From an archaeon (GTDB lineage: Archaea > Methanobacteriota_B > Thermococci > Methanofastidiosales > NM3), in the NCBI GenBank assembly GCA_004212155.1, contig RXIG01000005.1:1-17708 (forward strand): a stretch of DNA of 17,708 bases, written 5' to 3'. Below are positions 8,314 to 14,814 of the stretch, in pieces. The position numbers were made by a program, and so were the translations under genes. The notes under the pieces are model-generated. The model did no database searches, was not told the DNA's origin, and saw nothing but the letters and a program-made list of their open reading frames with translations. Each line of letters opens with the position of its first letter. Position 1 is the stretch's first letter.

Positions 8314-9522
8314 GTGAATGGTGATATTACGAACGCTGTGAGCATCACTGGCATTATCCTGTGTGGCATCGTCATCTTTGCAGGCATCTCGGCCGATGCG
8401 TATGAGCGAAAGACGTCCTGGCCGCAACTCCAGACGTCTGACAACAGCTCGTACACGCCTTCTACGCTCCCTGAGGATATCTCGATCATATGGGATGCGC
8501 CCTTTTCCGGGATAGCCCGTGGAGGCCTTGTCGTTGCCAAAGAGGGGGCATTCGTGGCCGGAGACAGCGTCGTCACGTGCTTCGACCTGCATGATGGGAG
8601 CGTTCTCTGGGAACATGATGTTGGTGCGGATGTGATGAACACGCCTTCCGTCTTTGTAGACCACGTGTTCGTTGGCGATAATGCAGGCACGTTGCACTGT
8701 ATCGATACACGCTCTGGCGAACAGGTGTGGGAGGAGCGGTATACCACCGATCCCGGAAGCTATAGCGATATTCTCATCGCAGACGATTCACTATTTCTGT
8801 GCACCCATGGCACCTCGTCCGTAGTGCGCATAGAGCCAGATAATGGCGACGTCATATGGCGATACGACACAACGATACAGGTGCTCGGCTACGGAAAACC
8901 CATCCTACATGAGGGAGCGCTGTATGTAACAACAGTGACTGATGGCGTTTTGTGCCTTGATGCGGATACCGGTGAGGAGTTGTGGCACCATGTGGACCCT
9001 GAGCAAAGGCTAGGGAACTTCACCGGTTGCCCGGTATTTGCGGGCGGCATACTGTGTGCGGGCACCATCAACGATGTGTTTGGTATCACACCAACAGGGG
9101 ATACGGCATGGAAGTTCGATACGCAGGACAAGGAGTACAAAACGGTGTCCACACATGATGATATCATCTATTTTGGGATTTACAATGGGGAGTATGCAGG
9201 CGATCTCTTCTCATTGGACGCGGCAACGGGCGAGATCCTCTGGCAGTCGGCCCTCCTCTATTCATCACCAAGTGATTTCTTCGAAACTGACAGGATAATA
9301 TCTGGCATTGCGCCAACGGTCACCCCTCGCTCCTTGCTGGTAAGCGTTCGACGTAAGGACGGAAGCGGTGCGATCTACATCGTCGATAGGGGCGATGGAC
9401 ATATAATTGACATCATTGAGGGTCTTAAGGGATCAATTCGTGAACACATTCCGGTGGTCGATGGGCGTATATATGTCAGTGTGTGCGATGGGAATAATGG
9501 GCATGTGTACTGTTTGGGATGA
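8314..9522 (+). CDS. Secreted PQQ-like (BamB-type) beta-propeller repeat protein
   Basis: N-terminal hydrophobic stretch, then repeated blade ends CFDLHDGSVLWE, CIDTRSGEQVWE, IEPDNGDVIWR, CLDADTGEELWH, TPTGDTAWK, SLDAATGEILWQ and terminal GHVYCLG. The true start is uncertain (see findings). Confidence 0.85.
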   Translation: MNGDITNAVSITGIILCGIVIFAGISADAYERKTSWPQLQTSDNSSYTPSTLPEDISIIWDAPFSGIARGGLVVAKEGAFVAGDSVVTCFDLHDGSVLWEHDVGADVMNTPSVFVDHVFVGDNAGTLHCIDTRSGEQVWEERYTTDPGSYSDILIADDSLFLCTHGTSSVVRIEPDNGDVIWRYDTTIQVLGYGKPILHEGALYVTTVTDGVLCLDADTGEELWHHVDPEQRLGNFTGCPVFAGGILCAGTINDVFGITPTGDTAWKFDTQDKEYKTVSTHDDIIYFGIYNGEYAGDLFSLDAATGEILWQSALLYSSPSDFFETDRIISGIAPTVTPRSLLVSVRRKDGSGAIYIVDRGDGHIIDIIEGLKGSIREHIPVVDGRIYVSVCDGNNGHVYCLG

Positions 9523-9523
9523 T

Positions 9524-9576
9524 AAAAAAAGAAGGTAAGAAAAGAAAAATGAGAGGCTCGTCTTAGAGCATCTCTC
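9524..9576 (-). terminator. Hairpin plus long U-rich tract after sucD
   Basis: Minus strand reads GAGAG(AT)GCTC-TAAGAC-GAGC CTCTC, a 9-bp stem with a 2-nt bulge spanning the stop, then ATTTTTCTTTTCTTACCTTCTTTTTTT. Confidence 0.7.
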
Positions 9577-10417
9577 GCAGGAGCTCGGGGACCTCGTTTG
9601 GCATCGTAGCCACGGGCACATCGACCGCGTTGAGCGCCTCGATCTTGGCCTCGGCCGTACCTGAGCTTCCCGATATGACGGCGCCTGCGTGTCCCATGCG
9701 CTTGCCTGGCGGTGCCGTTCGTCCCGCGATGTAGGAGACCACGGGCTTTGAGACGTGCTCGCGTATGAACTCTGCCGCGCGCTCCTCCGCGTCGCCGCCG
9801 ATCTCGCCTATCATGACCATGGCCTTCGTGTCCTTGTCCGCCTCGAAGCGCTCAAGCGCCGAGATGAAGTCCATGCCGATGACGGGGTCGCCGCCGATGC
9901 CAAGCGCTGTCGACTGTCCGATGTCGCCCTTGGTCATCTCGTCGATGATCTCGTAGGTGAGCGTTCCGCTCCTCGAGACGAGGCCGACCGACCCTTCCTT
10001 GAATATGTGTGGAGGAAGGATGCCAAGCAGCGCCTTGCCGGGCGATATGAGGCCGGGCGTGTTCGGTCCGACGACGTCGGCGCCGTGGTCCTTGGCGTAC
10101 TCCATGATGAACATGGCGTCCTGCACAGGTACGTGCTCGGTGATGCAGACGACGGGCGAGAGCCCGTTCGAGATCGCCTCGAGCGCCGCGTCCTTCATCA
10201 TGCGCGCCGGCACGAAGAGGATCGAAGCGTCAGCACCAGCCTCCTCGACGGTGTCGTAGATGGGGATGTCACCCATCATCTGGCCGCCCTTTCCGGGCGT
10301 GACGCCGCCGACGATCTGTGATCCGTACTCCTTCATGCGCTTTGAGTGGAACTGGCCCTGGTGGCCCGTTGCACCCTGCACGACTATCTTCGTCTTCTCG
10401 TTAACTAGAATTGCCAT
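9563..10417 (-). CDS. sucD: Succinyl-CoA ligase (ADP-forming) alpha subunit
   Basis: MAILVNEKTKIVVQGATG, GGVTPGKGG, GPNTPG, SRSGTLTYE, GIGGDP, GEIGG and the phospho-His motif GKRMGHAGA. ATG at 10417. Confidence 0.95.
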   Translation of the reverse strand: MAILVNEKTKIVVQGATGHQGQFHSKRMKEYGSQIVGGVTPGKGGQMMGDIPIYDTVEEAGADASILFVPARMMKDAALEAISNGLSPVVCITEHVPVQDAMFIMEYAKDHGADVVGPNTPGLISPGKALLGILPPHIFKEGSVGLVSRSGTLTYEIIDEMTKGDIGQSTALGIGGDPVIGMDFISALERFEADKDTKAMVMIGEIGGDAEERAAEFIREHVSKPVVSYIAGRTAPPGKRMGHAGAVISGSSGTAEAKIEALNAVDVPVATMPNEVPELLREML

Positions 10418-10422
10418 TGTTC

Positions 10423-11538
10423 TCACGCCCCCTTCACGGCTGCCTTCGCAGCTTCCTGCATCGATTGATAGAGCTCATATCCTGCCTTGTTTAGGATCTC
10501 CTTGGCCTCCTTCTCGTTGGTGCCCATCATGCGCACGTAGACAGGCACGCTCGGCTTGAAATCGAGGATGCCGTTTGCGATCTCGTCGCAGCGCGTGATG
10601 CCGCCGAAGATGTTGATGAATATCGACTTGAGGCCCTTTTTCATCGTGATGATCTCGAGCGCCTTCTTCATGTTCTCTGCGTTCGCACCGCCGCCGATGT
10701 CAAGGAAGTTGGCCGGCTTGCCGCCGTAGTGATTGACGACGTCAAGCGAGGCCATCACGAGTCCAGCTCCACATCCGATGATGCCGACGTCGCCGTCGAG
10801 CTCGACGTAGGCGAGTCCTGCCTCCATGGCCGACTTCTCGATGTCGGTGTACTCCTGCGTGTCCTTGACGTCCTTTTTGAACTCCGTTTGCCTGTAGAGC
10901 GAGTTGTCGTCGATGATGAGCTTTGCGTCAAGCGCCTCGAATCCCTCGGGCGTCACGGCGAGTGGGTTGATCTCGATGAGCTCTGCGTCCTTGTCGTGCA
11001 TGATGCGGCCGAGCTTGTAGATGATCGTGGCAAGCGAGCGCAGTTCCTTTCCGGCATATCCGAGCCTGCGCGCGACCTCGCGGCACTGGAACTCCTGGAT
11101 GCCGATGATCGGGTCGATATCGAGCCGCTGGATCTTATCCGGTGCGGTGGCAGCGACCTGTTCGATGTCGACGCCGCCTTCGGTCGACGCAAGGAGCGTC
11201 ATCTTCTTCTTGTTGCGGTCGACGACGAATCCCACGTAGAGCTCCTTTTCGATCTGCGATGGTTTGTTCACGAGCAGCTTCTTCACGGGAAGGTCCTTTA
11301 TCTTCATGTTCAGTATCTCTTGGGCCTTTTGGACGGCTTCTTCCTCCGTGTTGGCGAACTTGATGCCGCCGGCCTTACCTCTTCCACCGACGAGCACCTG
11401 CGCCTTGAGGACGACGGGAAGGCCCATCTTGTACAGTATGGCCTTGAGATTGTCCACGTCTTCCAAGACGTACCCTGTTGAGGTGGGAATGCCATACTCG
11501 ACGAAGATGTCCTTTGCTTCATACTCTAATAACTTCAT
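10423..11538 (-). CDS. sucC: Succinyl-CoA ligase (ADP-forming) beta subunit
   Basis: MKLLEYEAK, VLKAQVLVGGRGKAGG, EGGVDIE, EINPL, DAK..DDN, GAGLVMA, PANFLDIGGGA, NIFGGITRCD. ATG 11538 with RBS GAGGT. Confidence 0.95.
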   Translation of the reverse strand: MKLLEYEAKDIFVEYGIPTSTGYVLEDVDNLKAILYKMGLPVVLKAQVLVGGRGKAGGIKFANTEEEAVQKAQEILNMKIKDLPVKKLLVNKPSQIEKELYVGFVVDRNKKKMTLLASTEGGVDIEQVAATAPDKIQRLDIDPIIGIQEFQCREVARRLGYAGKELRSLATIIYKLGRIMHDKDAELIEINPLAVTPEGFEALDAKLIIDDNSLYRQTEFKKDVKDTQEYTDIEKSAMEAGLAYVELDGDVGIIGCGAGLVMASLDVVNHYGGKPANFLDIGGGANAENMKKALEIITMKKGLKSIFINIFGGITRCDEIANGILDFKPSVPVYVRMMGTNEKEAKEILNKAGYELYQSMQEAAKAAVKGA

Positions 11539-11580
11539 GATAATTACCTCAACGCCTATTTTGCTTACCATTTGGACATC

Positions 11581-11600
11581 ATTTTAAATAATTTTTGGAG
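11581..11600 (-). promoter_or_regulatory. Probable BRE/TATA promoter of sucCD
   Basis: Minus strand CTCCAAAAATTATTTAAAAT, about 45-50 nt upstream of the sucC ATG, leaving room for a leader with the GAGGT RBS. Confidence 0.5.
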
Positions 11601-11794
11601 GCCTGATTTTACTAATCGTAAAAAATGAGATACTAAAGTCTACGTTTTAATCGTACCAAGGGGTGTAATTAGTTATATATACATATTTTTTTAATATGTA
11701 TAACATAGTGTTAATGAGAATAATATTCATTTCAACCAATTGAAATGGCTCTGTATGTCGTATGCGAACCATATGTGGCATGCTGATACCACAT

Positions 11795-12205
11795 TCACTC
11801 TATATCACGAATCTTCCAGCGTTCGTCCTCGTAGACGAGCGAAAATGTGTATGGTATGCGTGATACTTTGTCAGATCCCCGGGGGTAGAGTATGATATGC
11901 GCCTCAACGGTAGCCTGCAGCCCTGTGATCTCAGAGCTTATCTCCTCTATCTCGAAGACGAGTTCGTCCTCCTCAAGGTCCTCCATCGTGTCTTCGAGCG
12001 AGGCGAGGATGACCTGTCTCCCGCCGGCGTTTTCGATGACCTCTTCCGAGAGCGTCCCTAACACTTTTTGCGGATTGCGCTCGTTGAGGCCCTCGTAATA
12101 CGTTCTCACCGTGTTCTCTGGCGTCGATTCCTCATAATCGCCGATACAGGCGCTCGAAAAGAGCACTATACCGATGAGCACGATGATATAGGGCAGTTTA
12201 CCCAT
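11795..12205 (-). CDS. Small acidic lipoprotein with an NTF2-like (DUF4878-like) fold
   Basis: Signal peptide with lipobox FSSA-CIG. TPENTVRTYYEGL first helix, ATVEA strand and terminal LVYEDERWKI are typical of NTF2-like lipoproteins. Confidence 0.7.
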   Translation of the reverse strand: MGKLPYIIVLIGIVLFSSACIGDYEESTPENTVRTYYEGLNERNPQKVLGTLSEEVIENAGGRQVILASLEDTMEDLEEDELVFEIEEISSEITGLQATVEAHIILYPRGSDKVSRIPYTFSLVYEDERWKIRDIE

Positions 12206-12264
12206 AACAATTACTTTTTATATTAACTTAAATAGTTATTGATATATAAAAGGAATTTTCTTTT

Positions 12265-13032
12265 TCACATGTTTCTATCTTTTGGCATGAGCACCTTGGT
12301 CGAACGCTTCCTTGATGCATCGATGCCTCGCTCGATGGCATCGTCTAAAAGGTCGAGGCTGCCATGCATCGATGTGAACTCGAGCTCCATGTCATTTGAC
12401 AGGTCCTGTGCCGCAGCCAAGATGTCCGCCTCATCCACCCCTGGGGTGTGGATATACCTCGTTCTTTTGTAGTCGTCGAGGCGAAGCACCATATTGAAGC
12501 TCTCCATGTCTCGTTCGATCTTTCGCACTATTCGGTCCCAGTGCGTGACCCATCCGTTTGAGAGGAAGAAACTTCCCGTCTTCCTCAGCTCTTCCATGTA
12601 CCGCTCCCTTCCAAGGAGGGCGACGATGCAGTCGTCGACGAGCCCCTCATCATCGATGGTCACAATGGGTACGTCCTCGCGGGCTACGACGGTTTGCAGC
12701 GCATTGCCGCATAATCCCATGAACATAAGGATTGCGGAGGTGTTTTGCATCATCGCATCGACCCGGGCGTTGCACCGGTACTCGAGCTCATCGACGTCGG
12801 TGTGGAGCGCAGCTGGGAGGACGTCAACAAGGACCTCGGTCCCGCTGCACCGCACAGGGAGGAAGTCGGCATCGTTGACGATCCTGATCCTGCCGTCGTC
12901 GAGCAATGAGGCAAATCGCATGTTCTCGGCGTTGCGCTCAAGATAGATGCGGCTTATCTCGCGATGTTCGCGCAGCAGGCATGCTAGTTCCTTTTCGAGC
13001 ACTTGGCAGGCGATGATGCCCAGTCGTCCCAT
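12265..13032 (-). CDS. DUF1638 domain-containing protein
   Basis: IIACQVLEKEL, AALH, MGLCGNAL, DDCIVALLG and FFLSNGW are the conserved Cys/His motifs of DUF1638. Confidence 0.8.
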   Translation of the reverse strand: MGRLGIIACQVLEKELACLLREHREISRIYLERNAENMRFASLLDDGRIRIVNDADFLPVRCSGTEVLVDVLPAALHTDVDELEYRCNARVDAMMQNTSAILMFMGLCGNALQTVVAREDVPIVTIDDEGLVDDCIVALLGRERYMEELRKTGSFFLSNGWVTHWDRIVRKIERDMESFNMVLRLDDYKRTRYIHTPGVDEADILAAAQDLSNDMELEFTSMHGSLDLLDDAIERGIDASRKRSTKVLMPKDRNM

Positions 13033-13050
13033 GCTCCCGATTCGGAAGCA

Positions 13051-13079
13051 TTATATATATACTTTTTTACCTAAGTATA
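13051..13079. promoter_or_regulatory. Divergent promoter region (TTATATATAT) between the DUF1638 and HprK-like genes, with a 7-bp inverted repeat
   Basis: Symmetric TA run at 13051-13060 in a 69-bp divergent gap. TATACTT (13058-13064) / AAGTATA (13073-13079). RBS GGGTGA before ATG 13102. Confidence 0.5.
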
Positions 13080-13101
13080 GTATCACGCGGGTGAATTCTC
13101 A

Positions 13102-14049
13102 ATGGACCTCTCAGTCAATCTCATTTCGAAAAGCAAGAAGGATCATCTCATCGATGAGTTGAAGGGCATGATGCTCTTTGAGGAAAAGGCAGAGCTCAAT
13201 GGATGTTGCATCAAGCTCATTACCGATAAAGCCATGTTCAAGGAGATGTGGCAGGATAACTTCAAACATATATCGGAGTTTATACGCCCCCACGGACGCA
13301 TATTCGTGCTCGACGACCCCGACCAAGCTGAGTTGTCGCTCTATTACGAACCTGTCTCAAAGACATGCTTTCTCTACAATTGCACATATTACGGACATGT
13401 CAAGAGCCTGGCGCTTGCGATCGCCGGGGATTTCCTTGAGGAATATCATTCGATCCATTCGCGCTATTCCGTCCATGGCGCCGCCATCGACGTTTTTGGC
13501 CGGGGCATTAGTTTGATCGCCCCGTCGGGGACAGGAAAGACGACGCTCTCCTACGGCCTGCTCCTCGACAAGAACACGCGGCTTGTCAGCGATGACTGGT
13601 TCTATGCGCGCATACTCGGCGACCTCGTCGTGTGCGGAGCTTCAGAGAAGAACGTCTACATCAGGTCTTCGATACAGGAAGTATACCCCGAGTTCGCAAA
13701 GGTGATACGCACGATAAGGCTCGACGAGACGAAGCGGGGCATCATCGACATCGGCGACCTGCTCGGCGATGAGAAGAAGGCGGAGTCCACGACGATGGCA
13801 ACGACCGTCTTCCTCGAGCGTGACGCCGATGATGACGTGTTCTACAACATGTCCGTCAGCGAGGCGCTCGATTATCTGCTCAAACATAACTTCTGCAATC
13901 CGCACATGCTCATAAGCGACAAGCGAAAAGTGCGCATACGTAAGAATTTCTTCAAGCAATACTTCGAGCGGACGAAGATATACATGCTCAACACGATCGA
14001 GACGCCTTCGCAGTCACTCGAACGGCTGCGTCAGATCGCTCACCGCTGA
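13102..14049 (+). CDS. HPr kinase/PEPCK-like P-loop protein of unknown substrate
   Basis: SVHGAAIDVFGRGISLIAPSGTGKTTL (His upstream of Walker A) followed by LVSDDW, the HprK/PEPCK-type catalytic signature. Confidence 0.8.
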   Translation: MDLSVNLISKSKKDHLIDELKGMMLFEEKAELNGCCIKLITDKAMFKEMWQDNFKHISEFIRPHGRIFVLDDPDQAELSLYYEPVSKTCFLYNCTYYGHVKSLALAIAGDFLEEYHSIHSRYSVHGAAIDVFGRGISLIAPSGTGKTTLSYGLLLDKNTRLVSDDWFYARILGDLVVCGASEKNVYIRSSIQEVYPEFAKVIRTIRLDETKRGIIDIGDLLGDEKKAESTTMATTVFLERDADDDVFYNMSVSEALDYLLKHNFCNPHMLISDKRKVRIRKNFFKQYFERTKIYMLNTIETPSQSLERLRQIAHR

Positions 14050-14053
14050 TAAG

Positions 14054-14066
14054 GAAAACCTTTTAT
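14054..14066 (+). promoter_or_regulatory. BRE/TATA-like promoter of the CPBP-like/HerA-like unit
   Basis: GAAAACCTTTTAT, nearly identical to GAAACCTTTTTATA at 17601-17614, about 33 nt upstream of ATG 14099. Confidence 0.55.
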
Positions 14067-14098
14067 GTGGCACCCTTTTTTAGTAATGTGGTGTCACG

Positions 14099-14791
14099 AT
14101 GGCGGCTGAAGTATTCCAGAGCACGATAGTAGCACTTTTCCTTGGGGTAGCATCAGTGGTGCTTCTTCGGGCAATCATTCCCCACCTGTACCAGCAGGAC
14201 AGGCGGCTTGCGCAGTTCATCTATCTCGACTTCTTCTGGATCGCCACGTTCTTCGTCATCTACCTATACGAGCAAAGCACGATATCCACGATAGGATTCT
14301 CACTTGGGGCCGATCCCCTCGAAACGCTCGTGTTCACCATCTTGTCAGTCCTCGTCACCCTGTTCCTCTTCATCATCTCAGCACGTAGGGAGAAGCAGCG
14401 GGGCGTCATCTCAGTGGAAAAAGGGTTTCTCAAGGTTGGCCCTGAACGTGTCGACCTTCGCATGATATCCCTTCCTGGATTCGTTCAGACATTTCTCATG
14501 CAGATCATATGGGTAGCACTCCCGCTCGAGATCTTCTTTAGAGGGTATCTCGTGACCAGATTCGCACAGTCGTTTCCCGAGTTTGGCGCTATCATCATTG
14601 CGGCCATCATCTACTTTGTCGCATATCTTGACAGGCCCATATTTGGCACGATAAACATCCTTCTGGCGCTCGTGTGGGGATATTCGCTCATTGCGACCGG
14701 TAGCATCCTTCCGGGACTCGTTGCACACATATTCATCAATACGACGAGCTTCTACTTCGCGCGCAACATCGCGCTATCATCCCGCGTATAG
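14099..14791 (+). CDS. CPBP/Abi (CAAX protease-like) family membrane protein with a degenerate active site
   Basis: Multiple TM segments. Motif 1 PLEIFFRGY (EExxxR reduced to LExxxR), motif 2 YFVAY (FxxxH lost), motif 4 TGSILPGLVAHIFIN (HxxxN retained). Confidence 0.8.
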   Translation: MAAEVFQSTIVALFLGVASVVLLRAIIPHLYQQDRRLAQFIYLDFFWIATFFVIYLYEQSTISTIGFSLGADPLETLVFTILSVLVTLFLFIISARREKQRGVISVEKGFLKVGPERVDLRMISLPGFVQTFLMQIIWVALPLEIFFRGYLVTRFAQSFPEFGAIIIAAIIYFVAYLDRPIFGTINILLALVWGYSLIATGSILPGLVAHIFINTTSFYFARNIALSSRV

Positions 14792-14814
14792 ACCATACCC
14801 CAAAAGGCGGTACT

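Noticed and set aside
9755-11481. Long antisense ORFs over sucCD (9755-10321, 10729-11481)
   Set aside because: Typical antisense mirror ORFs of highly biased genes, with no RBS, promoter or recognisable domain.
11728-11747. ATTTCAA...ATTGAAAT resembles the ends of some CRISPR repeats
   Set aside because: Single 20-bp occurrence, no repeat-spacer periodicity and no cas genes.
14067-14097. Imperfect inverted repeat GTGGCACC...GGTGTCAC before the CPBP-like gene
   Set aside because: One mismatch, a 15-nt spacer and a single occurrence. The left arm would lie upstream of the predicted start site, so it is too weak to call.
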